This document shows positions 32,616 to 46,935 of a DNA stretch of 64,000 nucleotides, one piece after another; within the stretch, counting starts at the first letter, position 1, and every line of letters starts with the position of its first letter. The position numbers and the translations under genes are program-made. A model generated the notes under the pieces. That model ran no database searches. It was not told the DNA's origin and was given only the letters and a program-made list of their open reading frames with translations. Source of the stretch: Trichoplax adhaerens (lineage: Eukaryota; Animalia; Placozoa); NCBI RefSeq assembly GCF_000150275.1, contig NW_002060943.1, positions 574,531-638,530 on the forward strand. The letters run 5' to 3'.

Positions 32616-35600
32616 TTACATGATTCTATCTCCACTCGGTATTGATTCAAAATGTGATATTAAAGGTAGATGTCTGATTTCGCCAGTTCTGGAAATAACT
32701 AAGCCAACGTAGTTGTGGACATCTTCCGGCTTATAACCGATAATTCGTGATAGATCACAGACAAATTTATAAACATATCTTTCACCAGCCACCTAAACAA
32801 GAGTGCAGTAAAAATTTAAGTCAATGATTGGGTAACACAGATCGTCTCATCTCTAAATCAAAAGCGTTGTAAGATTTAATATCTATCAATTTTATAAGCG
32901 CTATTGTCGTTTTACAATCTATTTAATAAAGACCTTCTTAATAATATGCTTGTCGTAATAATATCGAAGTCCTCGACTTAATTTTTCATAATTCATATTT
33001 GGCTTATTTTTACGACGACCCCAAAGTTCGGCTACTCGATCTGGATCTAGTAACTTGAACTCCCAGTCATCGCCAGTCCACGCGATGCAAGGTGAACCCA
33101 TTTGTAATTTATCCGTTAACAAATCTAGTAGAAATTGCCATAGTTGAATAGGACCATTGCCTATTAATGATAACGGTAATAAGAATAAGATTGATTTAAC
33201 TAACGCTAACGTTAGCTTTCGAAAATCCGATTAGGACCATCTTAATCATATCATGAGTGAGTAACATTCTGCATCTATTGTACTACCTGGTTATTTTAAT
33301 AAAATTTTATGATAATAAACAATGAAATAGTCAAAAGACTGTTCTTCCAGGATACGTATACTTAACTCTATACTTTATATCCCAGTATTTTTACACAACT
33401 AATATTTTAAAGTAATTTCTGCTCTTTCTCTAACGTTTTAATGTAAAGTTATTCATAACGCTAATATTTCTAGATCTGTAAGTGTCGCTAAATTTAATTC
33501 AAAAAACCATAAATAAGCATCTAACATTTTCGAATGAACTCTATTTCATGCTGATCATAAGTTAAAAAAATTGTTTAATGCTTTATTAAAGGAGAATTAA
33601 ATATCTTTACCTGTAAATGATGCCAATACATTAGCGTGGACGTCGTGTTTATATTTAGAATTTATATGAGATAAAGGCATACCGGGAAGAGAAAAATTTT
33701 GGCTTGCTCTGCTGGCTGTTAAATTACCTTTTAATACGTGTAAAATGGGTATTGATTGTTATTTCAAACGTAATAATTTTGTTTTATTTTCCATAAGTTA
33801 GAAATTACGATAAAGGATAAGAATAAACAAGTCATTAGAGTTTTTTTCTAATCCAATATACTGTAAATTGTAAATATTTCATCAGTGGAAGTACTACTTT
33901 AACTGTTACAAATATAACAATTAAAATCCGGCGTTAAAAGTAAATATTACAGAGTTATTTCTATACAATAACTGAATTTGACTACTAAAAATATAACCGC
34001 AAATAATAATTCTAAGTTATAGCGTATCCTTATTGATTTATCGTTAGGAATGTTGAGAAATTTTTAAAATACTCGTATACATTACGCCGCTACAAAAACT
34101 TTATATTTAATGACCTTGCAATCGTAGACTAATTAGAAGAAATTACTTAAAGCGATGCATCGAACAATTTTAATCGTAAAGTCACAATAATTAAAATTTT
34201 TTGTAACTTGTTCAAAGTAAATAAGGAAAGCCAAAACCTACAGAAACTGGAACGTAAGATAAAATTGTGACTAAATTCAATTCGTCTCTAGCAATGTTTA
34301 GTTAATGATTAAGGTACTGTTTATAGATAAAACTAGTATCTGCTTACTTATGGAGTTAAAATACTATATTTCAGTTTTGGAGGTTTTTTAGAACGGTAAT
34401 CTAGGCAATGTATTACCAATCTGGATACTAGCAAATAGATTAAGATGATAACCACGAAAAGCTCTCGATGGAGTTCTATAACTAAGAATGATTGTAATAT
34501 TTCAAGAGATACGGATATAAACAATATTTAAAAGGGATAATTTACACTTTTATCCTAAGTAGTAAAATTGGCTAATACTCAAATTTAAAACTGAAATATT
34601 ATCCACTCGGATGATAAAAATACTGTTAAATATTGAGATAAAAAAAATTTTTGAACTCATGTATTCAGGTCGTAAAAAAGTAGAAATAATAAAATGGATC
34701 ATCTAAAGAAGCGTTCTTATTTATCTTAAACTATAACTTGGCAATTTTTAACTTGTAGTAACTTACAGTTTGTATAATAACCATAGTAATAGCAGCATTA
34801 TGTTTTTTTAATCGCTTCATGACAATCCAAAAATATTATTTACCTATAGAATCCGCTTCCCAGGCTACAATACGGCCTCCATAATGTTGATTGACATCGA
34901 TGGACTTGAGACAACCTTGATTGCCTTGCCTTACTGTAAAATAAATCACTAATTAATACAGTATTAACCTATCGCTTTGAATATCCAGGCATTTTATATT
35001 ATGTTAGTTTAAAACGTTTAAGATTAGCTATAATCCAGTAGAGAATGATTGATAAAATATAGTAGCTTATCAGTGTTGTTTTTAGGCTAAATTATTTATC
35101 AATAAATTATCGATTAGGACAGGTAAGGCAAAGATTAGATTGAAAATATTTTATTTTTGTATTTAATTCCTAATCATGCATTAGATGATAAGTAATCATA
35201 TCGTGTGATATTTTATGAGGATCATCGAAAGTAAATTAATCTAATCTTTGATAATTTAAATACTGAGAATAATTATTATTAGCGCATTTCATAGTGTTAA
35301 TAGCTAATCGTGCAAATTTCTGGTACCATTCATGTTAGTTGCTTTGATAGTAAAGCAAACAACACTTGAAAATATCGTTAAAATCCTTGATGGATGAATT
35401 ACATTATTAATGGGTACTACATTTAGCAAATTTGATAAATTACAGCATTATTTTTAGTTAGTTGGTGTGGATGATGGATTGTATTATTGGTAATTTTGCT
35501 ATCCCGTATAACTAGGCTATTTGGAAAATTGCATTGTGGTTTGTCTCTATATTGAGTACAGGATAAATTTATAAAAGTTCATTACCGCCATTGTTAATTT

Positions 35601-37908
35601 TCGACATGAATGATTGAACATTACAAATAATGATAACTTTATGACTATAACGAATGCATTCCATGACCAGGAAGGACATTATCTACATTCTGGCCGTCAC
35701 TATAAAAATTTGCCATGGCAAACTATTGCAGCTTACACATTACATTTATTACCATAAATGACAGATAATGGAAAGGATATTATAAATATATATTGTTGAC
35801 TTTTATATGGATTTTAAAACATAAGCAGGAATTTTCTTAGCGCTTTAATTTAACCATTTTCCGTTGTAGCTAATGAGATTTTTTTGGGGGCACGAAGAGA
35901 AAATTGTTACTGTTTTGCCTTAATTGATCCTATTAACTCTTATAATGTTATCTATTTATGAATATATCATAAACGTGCGGTTGCTATTTGATTAGAATAA
36001 AGTTTGAGAGAGTAAATTTGCTATCAAGATTAGAATAAACGTGGCCAACATGGAATTCTATCTAGATAGTCTTCTATTGATTTAGAGAACTATAACAGTA
36101 CAATACCGGTTTATAGTGGAGAAGTAAAAACAGAAATAAAGGAATTAATAAATTAACAGGGTTAATTTATGGATGTAGATGAAGAAAATCAATGAATTAC
36201 TTGTTGTGTGGGTAATATAATTTCCGAACAGCTATCAACAGGAAGGTATCTTAACAATATAATGGTGTAAAAATATAGAATATTAAATCTAACTAATGAC
36301 TTTGCACGTTTGGATATTACCGGAGTCGGACTGTTGCAAATAAGATACATTGAATAGATTGAATATATAGAGCACAAAGAGCAATCAATACAGTAATATA
36401 ATATCAAGCATGATACTTGGCACAATAAGTACTTTAATACAGGGGCTATCAAGCAGGAATAAATACTGTGCTATTTCGTTTTGGCGATTCATGAAATACA
36501 TGCAAAATTATTAACTGATTGTATTCAAACCAATTTATAACAGGTTAATTATTTGATTAAGACGAAAGACTTTGTGCCGTGGATTAGCTTATGCATGGAA
36601 ACAAATCATTTTTTTTGTATAACTTCCAACGGTGTATTTTAGTCTGGAAACTATCAATAATTCCATCTATTATATAGATAAGGTACTGAAATGGCTGAAA
36701 GTAGAACTTAAAGTAAAATGTAGGGAAAGAATCGACGCTTGCCAACAATTAATTAGTACTAAGGAAAACATCGACAAACCAACTCAACATATTTGTTAAT
36801 TATGATCATGTAAGTATTATCGTTGAATGCCGATTTTAACTGTAAATGTTAATAATTAGATATAGAGTATATCCTCTTAATCATCCTCCTCTAAATAAAA
36901 TAGAATAATCAGGAACTGTTAAAAACATCCTCTACTGCTATTTATACGTACTAACCTGAATTAAGATGAGGTGCCGATTTCTCTAATATTTCTCGATTGC
37001 TGTCCTCAATCAATAGTTGCAAATGCTTGTACAAGATATCTCCCGCAAATGGCGTGGGTAGCGATAGAGCCATTAAATCACATCTTCTTAATTGACATAA
37101 TTGTTTGCCGTTCATTTCGAAATTATTAGTTGATAAATCGTTAAAATTAAATTCATCAATCGACCACAATAACCATTGCTTTACGTGAGCCTGTGTCCAA
37201 TTTCGTGGATCTAATATATGAATGGGAGATTGAATTAATAACTATTCCAAAAAAATAAATTAAATTCATGAATAACTGTAATCAATAAAAGTAAGAGTTA
37301 AATTTTATCAAAGAAATATGTAACACTTTATAACTTTAATGAAGTTGTAGCGACTATCGTAAACGAATAGCAATAATAAACATATTTGATGGATATTTTA
37401 TTTACATTGGATGAATTGAAAGGCTAAGGTTTATTTATAGTAAAACTTTAATGATAAACTCGCATAACTATTACGATATTTTAATTAAAGATAATTGAAT
37501 ATTATAGCAAGGTCAGCAAAATAATGTAGAAATGGTAAATCAAATGTAATGTTAGTCTATCAATTTCAGCCCCCAAGAACTAGATGCTGTAAGTAGTATT
37601 CCTTGAAATAGTTCTTTGTTTATGAAATAAATATTATCTAAACTTTTAATTATTTTTTCGATCTGTTAGCAGCGCTTATTACAATTAGCACACTTTTTGC
37701 TTCAATATCACTAGACACTTTATCAGTTAGCATAAACCATAAATATGCATATCATTAAAGTGATGATTATTGAGATTAGTATCTTCTGCATCGAAAGGAT
37801 CTTACCGTTAGGAATTTCGTAAGCAAATTTGACAGTATCGAAACTGGATAATCTTTGCATAATAGGATCGCAGTTATACATTTGCATTGGAAGTAGGCTC
37901 ATATCCAT
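32616..37908 (-). CDS. ETS1: ETS1/ETS2/pointed-class transcription factor (PNT/SAM + ETS domain)
   Basis: Exons 37806-37908 (acceptor at 37910/11 implies a further upstream exon), 36956-37210 (PNT: [19 protein letters not shown]...MNGKQLC...GDILYKHL), 34844-34933 (less certain), 33611-33727, 32934-33160, 32616-32792. ETS domain [17 protein letters not shown]...[44 protein letters not shown]...GY.PE carries the ETS1/2 subfamily signature. The symbol denotes ETS1/2-like. Confidence 0.9.
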
Positions 37909-40900
37909 ATCTAATCGAAACGCAAGAGAAATAAATTGATCGTTAATACTAGCGTGCTAAGTTGAAATGAATGAAAAATTGATGATATCCTCTTTTATAA
38001 TACAAGAATAAAGGCTTGTTGTTATAGTACAAGCTATACCGGATTATTTAAAAGGCACATTTACTAGTCTATTAGAGCAAAAAAGTAGTTATCCTCTAAT
38101 TACAGAAACTTGTGTCATTTATATTAGATCTGGACTTAAAATTGACAAAAATGATAGAAAGGACATCCCTTAGTCTTCTGAGAAGTTTCGAGAAATAAAA
38201 GTAAGAGAAAAATTTTATTGACTATTGCATCCATGAATATCTGTATACAAATTATCAACTAATTTTTTATTGATTATACTTACATGAATAGAAAGGATAT
38301 AATAACCTTCTATATATATCGTATTATAACGATCAGATTTATGTTAATGGTCGATTAGACTAGCTAAATTGATAGCACGCGAATGCTATTTATGTGCAAT
38401 GATCAATATCAGATCATCAGCAAGGAAAAGTAGAAGTTAAAATGATGTAATTATTATCACTCTATATGTATTTTACTGAACCATTAATAATAAGCATAGC
38501 GATGGAGAAATATTATTTTAGTAGGAAGTTTGAATCAGTATTACCGTCAGGAGTCAGAAAATAAAACAATTTTGAAGTTTTGATGAAATCTCTTAGATCC
38601 CTTTTTTCTTTCGTTTAATCCTTGGCTTGCTAGTGACCAGAATGAGCGTAAACACTCTAACCCAGGAGTTTTACTTAATCAAAGGTGCAATCTTGATGAT
38701 CAACACAACACTCTATTGTTTTAGGAAAGATTTGATATTAATAGTCTGTTTACTATTAACATATTAAACTGTGTAGATATACATCAAGCACCACCCAACT
38801 GTTATCCAACCATCAATCATACTACTTTATTTCTGCTGACGTAACAATCAATAAAGCCTCAAATCTATCTTTTCAATTTGTTCTCAATCGACCGAATACA
38901 CGGTAGCGAAACTTTTGATTATAAATACTATATGATATTTACATTGTTTATTATGAGATAAATGTTTAAAAATATATTAATAATTTGATGGGATACATGT
39001 ATATGTTATATATATATATATACATTCATAAATACTTAAATGAAGGTCGTAGATATACAAATAGAAATTTTTTTAAGAGGAGTTCTTGCTATTGTGTAGG
39101 TCTTTCCAAATAATCATTTTCGAATGATAAGTAACATCTTCAGAGTTTATTACGTAAAGTTTTGATTAATGAAATAGAGACTTTAAAATTAAATCAATAT
39201 TCTATCAGCCGTATCATCATTTGTAGTTAACGATGTTTTAAGTGAACGACTTTGTAACATGCATTGATATTATACACTCTTTGTTCTCAAAGGCGTAATA
39301 TTTACTTGGGAAATTTTCGTATTTCCCTAATAATCAATAATAGAAAAGCTACGATTTAAAAAATAAGTGTGAGAAGAATTATTTATAAAACTAGGAATGA
39401 TTATTTTATAATACGTTAAAATATAGTTCGAGGTGGTTAATAATTCAACATTCGATGAAATGAGAAAGAAAATGCATACAAGGAGATCAATTTTATCAAA
39501 AATTGAGAGAATATTAATGGCCTATCATGAAACAAAAATTTCTAAAGACAATTTATTAGTCTTAAATTGTAAAACTATTATATGATGATTCTTTACGCCT
39601 CAATTGAAGCATACCGTATGTTGGATAATATAGGATTTAATTCAGTCGTTACAAGCAGTTGTATTGATTGTCCTTTTGATAAAGGTATGAAAAGTATTCA
39701 ATATGACAAGCATTGGAATTTAAAAGCTGTTCCATTTTAACATCTTGGTTATAATGATTAGTATAGAAGGAATAAGTTATCAATACAGTCAGTGAATTGT
39801 TGATGGTAAATGGAAATGTTATTAATTTTCGCCTGCCAATATAACAGGCATTCAATGGAGCTATTATCTATTAATAGATACTGTTGTGTTCTTATTTCTA
39901 TAGATTGTTTTGTAGAAGTAAAACTTCTTCTATTGATTATTGTCCTTAGATAAGTAGAAGCAAGGAAGTATAATGGTTATGGATGGTTAATCAAAGATAA
40001 ACGTACCTACTTATAGCACAGTTAGCAGATGTGCTGGAATAATTAGGAAAGTTACCAAAAGCGGTCTTATAGATTTTATCTTCTTATTCAGAAAAAGTAC
40101 CTATTATAATAAACGCGACTATCTTTATAGCTCTATCGCAAGCTATACCATCGCTTTGAAGTCATATGAAACTGCAAATGTATTCTTTTTCTTGGTTAAA
40201 CACTAGCTTTTGCAGCTAAATAGTAAAAGTATCTATACTATTAATTATATATATATATATATAGGTATTTAGAATCGATCGAAACCGGGAATCGTTTAAG
40301 TAGTTACAATACTTTAATACCGCAACGTTAAAGCTTATAATCTTGTATTTTATGAGTGTATACTGCTTTTACTGCTTCTTACTTTTGCGAAAGTTATATG
40401 ATATATGTGCCTATGTTGATAATTTGTAAAGATTTTAAAAGTAGACGCTTATATTACTTTAATGAGTCACCAAGGTCAAAATATTAGCATAAATGCAGTC
40501 CGTACTATTGAATGGTGTGGTAGCTTTCCATTAGATAAAGAAACAAAGTAATCTATTCGTCTCTAGCTTAAACATCTAATCAATGATTTATGGATAGTAA
40601 TTACCATTAGTATATCATTTTAATAAATACTTTTTATCAATGATTTCTAGTACTAATGGTTAAGCCACTAAAAATGATGTTATATGGGTTCTTAATTAAC
40701 TATTCAGAACAGATGCTTGCCCTTTATAGTTATGATTATCGAAATTCGTTTGTTTTTATATTAGGGCAACTCGCACACCACCCAATCGTTCTATACTGAT
40801 ATCTACTTAAGAATTTATAAATAAAATATCGACACAATGGCGATTGTGAAAGCTGTTGGTCATACACACAAAGCCAAGTTACCTACATGCTTACATTAAT

Positions 40901-43900
40901 TTTCTAGCTAAATATATCGAAAAATTTGCGTTAATTTATGATAATTAAAAACGTTGAAAGTCACATGGCAGAAATCAAAATGATTATCTGAAAACTGGTA
41001 TATTTTTCATCCGCTTCTTATCAACACTGATTTAGTATAATTATTGCCCTCAATGTTTGAAGTAGTCAACAAGAATAATTATATAACAATAATTTTAAAT
41101 AAAATTGAAACAAATTGTTTAATATGGAGTTTGCATAAATTATAATGCAATGAAATAATTCTTTACAACAGATATACTTATAGATATTCCTATATATCTT
41201 TAAGCAGTAAGTGTTGATTGGTTGATGATGAAAGCTAAAATATAGTACTCATGTTAGCCCTTAAGATATCTGAAACTGCGATTTATCGAACGATGTATAA
41301 AATATTTATCTCTAGTTTTCATTCATAGACAGCAGTATATCAATTTAACGTGGCTGGATACGAATAAAAATGCTTTATGTAGAATCTAAGAGAGTAAGTA
41401 AGAAACAGTTTTGATATTTAATCCTGTATGGAAATATAGTTGTAAATAGTATTGACCGTGATATGGATGAATGATTAGGTAGAATTAAGCCTTCTCCTGA
41501 TGTATAAAGAAAGGAGCTGGAATATAGGCGCTATATAAATGTATTGGATATGATAGTTTATATCACGCTTGATCGATAGAACCAGTGTTAATAATATATA
41601 AAAATCAAGTGAAATCAGAAATAGAAAGACTTGCAAGTCAAAAAACGATAGGCAATAAAGTAAATAAAATGGTTACTGTACCAAGATTTAAAAATCGAGA
41701 AAATCCGAAAACCACATTATTTTCTTAGATAGATTTTGAAAGGTTAAAAAAATGTGTGCGTGAGAGCTATATAGGAAAGATGACGAGATCATAATTATTT
41801 AACGGAGTAACTTGATTACTTAAATTTTACTATGAATTAATGATAAATTATGAAACAGTATTCATCAGTTGTATTTAAAACTATTAGTTACAATAAAACT
41901 TTTTAATTCGTACGAAAAGCCAATGATTATTAAAGCAACCATAACAGATAGAGAATTCACATTCAAACAAAAAAATCATCATGATTCTTGCAACATACTT
42001 TCACTTTGATAGCTTAGATTTTTATTGAACCGAAATTTGTATTCACTTAATTTATAATACTCTTATAAAGCACTTAGTAAAAGCTGTTATCGACTACATT
42101 TGGATTCTTATACTAATAGCTCCAATGTTCAATCATTGTATTAGCTATTTCTCAAGAAAAAGCATTTATAAATTAACATTAATGTTGAGTTAGCTAAAAT
42201 TTAAAAGTCGTGATTTGTTTACTTATTACAGGAATGAGGGATACAATGATAATAAATCAAAGAGAGCAAATATGTAAGTAAACTATGCTGTCTTAATTTT
42301 TGAAACTTCTTTTATTAATTTAAATCGCAATGGAGCGAAAATTTCAAATGAAATAATAATAGCGGAAACCATTTGTGTCTTAATTGGTGATTAGGGCGGT
42401 TTCATCTCCAATCGATTAATTTATAATACGGTTACTGGTTAACCCATTAAACTACGGGGAAAAGAAAGATATTGTGAAAGTAGAACAGATATTAAGAGAC
42501 GAAATTAATTGAAATGAACAAATATGAGAAATCTTTTATCGCTATTTGTAATACACTGCGGTATTTTTCAAGTGTGATATTATAATCTCAAAACTTGTCA
42601 TGATTAAAGTTTTATTTTTGTGCCGTTAATTCTATGCATCTCCACAGGAAGTATTGTAGAAGATACGTATACTATATAGATTTGATTTGTTTTTCTAGTC
42701 TATTGGCATACTACGATTACTTATAGCTTGTATCAGTTTTTTAACTGTTGGCAGATATCAGGACAAAATTTAAAGGACAAATTAGGCATAAGTAATCTTT
42801 AATTTCATCATTTCCACTTAAAAGAATTCTTTTAAATCTGTTTTGATATTCGCTTTAAGGATTGTAAAATCACACCAGTTGTCCCTTATACTGCTATCTT
42901 CATTTTACCACTCTTATTATAATTTAGAGTAGATATGCAATTAATTAATTAAAAATGCCTACAATCTATTGTTATCTAAATAAATTCACAGCTATTATTT
43001 TAGCACTGGTTTTATCGGCAGCTGGCAGAGAGTGTCGACAAATCCAATAATATAATCAAGATAATTGATATTATTTTTAATAATCGTTATTTTGACAGAT
43101 CCTTCGTGGGTAGATCTCAGATCGAGGCGGTGGGATTAAAATGTGACCAAAAACTAATTTTTTAATCCACTCTCTATTTGCTTGACTTTACAAGTGTGGC
43201 ACTTCAGAATGCCTAATCTTATCAGTATTGAGTAGAGGAGTGTTGGCATTGGAGCTATTAGTACTAATATTTTTAGACTAATTTTTGCTTATTGCCTTCA
43301 AGAAAGAAACCAAAGTAATGCAAGTATTGACAGAGAACCTATAAGAGTTGATCGTTTACTTTTGTCATCGTTAGTGGATGAAGCTTGATTTTATTTCTCA
43401 TATTTGTCATCAGGGAAATAATTAGCTGAGTGTCGAAAACTGAATTATCATATAACCATGTCTAGACTAATTTTAGCACCAGCATTGTCAATTGTTTTCT
43501 GAAGCTGAGTTCAAACAATAATTAATGCAGAATGCGTCTGATAAAAGTGTCTAATTCAGCAGGGAACAAAGCTGTCCCTAAAAGTAATCGAAATCGAATT
43601 ACCATAGAATGATCATTTAAAACAGTTTTTGCGATCAATACCAAATAAATTACTGGCTGACTTTGAATTGAATAATAGCTGATGCAGAGAAAGTGCCTGA
43701 TTAATTAGAGAAAATAAGATTATGTATCAAGGCAATTATAGAAAGATCCCGTGACTGTTACAATTTAATAAGGAATTTCTTAGAATTTGGAAATTATTAA
43801 ACGTGGAGTGTCGCTATCTCTCATTTAAGTTATCTTTGAGGGCAATCAGAAAGAATTTATTTTTTCTATAAAATTTAAAATTTATGCTACAATTAGCAAA

Positions 43901-46368
43901 CATTTATCCTTTCCTAGCTAGGTTTACTAAGATATACCAAAAAATCGTTTAAAAAATCATGTAGAACTTTCATAATAAGAATTTTCAACTCATCAAAGTC
44001 TAGCCGCTTTCCTGTAACTCGTATAGTTCTGTTAGTACTAAAGCCTTCCTTCTTATGCAATTTTGATTGAGTTACCTTCTTTATTATATTCAAGACATAA
44101 CAGTTTCTGACAAATTGTGGCTCACAATCATCCAATTACGTGAATAAACTATTATGAATTGCACTATTTTATGATTTTCGACTTATAGCTATTTACTTGT
44201 TATTTAGAGCGGGTTTCCTGTGATACAATTATGTGATCATCTGGCGTAAAATTGCAGTATTGTTAAATCGAGACCTCGATGTACAGTAAATGCTTGCGGC
44301 AGATGATTATAAATATTTCAATGATTATCAATCAGCATAAAATTTTGGGTCATGATCATGAATTTCAAGGGTTGATTAGTGTCCTTAATGATATTTAAAA
44401 TTTATTGTGTCAATTTCAGCTAAACTGCATCACGTATGTTGAAACTCCACCTAATTTCTATAAAAATGCTTTTTTAAATAATTCTATCAGCAAGCTTATT
44501 CTCCTGTTTACTTCTTATTAATTAGCAAATTCGTTATTAATTAAAATTTGTATATATTGAATTTAGACGTAATATCTAAATTTATTTATCTATGCTGAAG
44601 TGATATCAAAGGATCATACTTTATAAAATTTTTCTATCAACAGTAATGGCTGATCCCAATTATAAACTTTAGCAAATGAACTTTTTATGTAGCCCTTTCT
44701 CATCGATAACTTATAGTACACATTCAAGTATACTACAGTTGCGTTACCATTACCAAATTTTTAGTTGTTGGTCTTATTACTGGTTAAATTTATCTCTTTA
44801 AGTTTAGCCGATGCGGAAGTTAGAACGATTGAAAGATAAAAGTATTTTTTACAGCATCGAAATTGTGATAAAGAAACGGAACATAATTATATTTCTAGCC
44901 ATGCATATAAGGCTGATATATTATAGGAGATATCACGGGACATTGCGACGTGATCTTTATTCAGCAATGAAGTTAGATGGGAATGTTCATGATACATGAG
45001 CATGTTATGAATAGATCACCAAGTACTGTAGGGTAGTTTGATTATTGCCTATGAAAGCTGCAAGCGCCTGGTCGTACCAATACAATTTACTATGAAGTAT
45101 CAAGGCGATTAAAGAGAATGCTCATCTATAAAGCAGAAAGTCTATTTCAAAATTTTATAGGCTTACGATACGCAACTGAGTAGATAAAGGATATTTGAAA
45201 ACGTAAATATATAGTTTATACTTATAGTTTGGATCATAGAATAATTTCCTCTTCCTCGAAAACGATTTTATATATCCATTACAGGATTAATGCATATAAT
45301 AATTATCCACCTTTATTATTACAATAAAATGACAACGGAATTATTTTTGATTTAAATATTATAGAGTGAGATAGTGGCAATTAGGTTGCACCAATGATTT
45401 CTCAAGTACCCTATGTATCTGAATTAACCCTTGAAAGATACATTTAATGGAAGCTACGTCTAATGCTGGTATGATTTGAAAATGCCACCACAAGATATGG
45501 ATGAGCAATTAGTCAAGAATATTTTGTCCGACTATCTAACAATTAGATGATTGCATATAGATTTAAAAGGATTGAAATGAGATTGACATCAATCAAGTTT
45601 GGGTAAGCGAGATTTTGACTGTTTAGTCGTTGCGCGTTAGAAGTCAAATGTAACTTACGAAGCCGATGATAAAAGTATAAACACTAGCTTGCCCTTTTTA
45701 CAACGTTTAGCAGCAATAGGTTCGTCTTATCAAATAACCATTTTCAGTTTTTTAGAGATTTATACAATTTTGTAGGCTATATTCTTCTCAGCAAAATAGA
45801 GTAACCAGGTTTATTAATTGTTTAAGAAATTTTCGTTCACATATGATGGATCGGGATGGAGCTCTATAGTATATTAAGCGGAGGCTGCTTCGTGACTAAC
45901 AATTTTAATGCGGGTTGATCACTATTTGCACTACTATTTTAATAGTTTTGAAATCTTAATAGGACAAATATTTTGTTATATTGCAATACTTTAAGTAACT
46001 GGGTCAAAACTGTGAAATGCAAATATATTAAGTAACACGTAACTGCCATACATAACATGTGTTATTTCTACCAAATATCAGTAGATTAAATATATCACAC
46101 CTACTCGCACATTGATATTATTCCTGGCGGTTAGATAATAAAGAATTAGGATATAATGATTAGCTGCAATATAGAATACCTTAAATGTAATTATTGGCTT
46201 CTAATAGAATGTCATTTTTGGCTAAGTGCTTTCTTAGCTATTTACAATATTATATCATAAGTATTACGACATGCAAAAGAGTATTTAAGAGAGTATTGAT
46301 GTACTTCAATGGCTAAATAAATTAATTTATATTCAATCTGAGCTGGCTTTTAGTAAAAGAATCTTTAA

Positions 46369-46935
46369 TAAAGCAATGTTAAGGTAGTAAAGTTTGCGTC
46401 TTTAATTTTTGAAATATATACGACAAACTGCTATGTTTCAAGTTAAGATCGGTTAGTTCATACTAAGTTTGATTCGAGTTGGTATTTAATCTTATTGATA
46501 GGTAATCTAATCGACTTATTGAAAGCTATTTTTGCATCTGTTGACTTTTGCCATTAGCAAGGCAAGCATTTAAACGGTAAAATCTAAGTGTTTAATTGTC
46601 TGAAATATATACGGCCAACTGCTGCGGTTAAAATTGATATCGGTTAGTTTATACAAAGTTCGATTCAAAGTTGATATTTTTGTCTTATTAGCAGGCAATC
46701 TAATCGATTCTTTTAAAAGTCAGTTTTGATCTATTGACTCAAGCTATTATCAAAGCAATGTTAAAGTGGTCAAATCTACGTGTTTGATTTTCTGAATTAT
46801 ATACGATAAGCTGCTATGATTGAAATTGAGATCGATTGGTTTATACTAAGCTCGATTTAAGTTGGTATTTTCATCTTATTCACAGGCAATCTAATTGATG
46901 CTTTAAAAGCCATTTTGGGTCTATTGACTTAAGCT
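46369..46935. repeat. Diverged ~190-bp tandem repeat x3
   Basis: aaagcaatgttaa...gaaatatatacg...ctgct...gatcggttagtt.atactaag...aggcaatctaatcga...gatctattgact recurs at about 46370, 46560 and 46752. Confidence 0.8.

Noticed and set aside
35430-35550. Possible extra ETS exon ([10 protein letters not shown]...[11 protein letters not shown])
   Set aside because: Splice phases do not fit the neighbouring exons cleanly.
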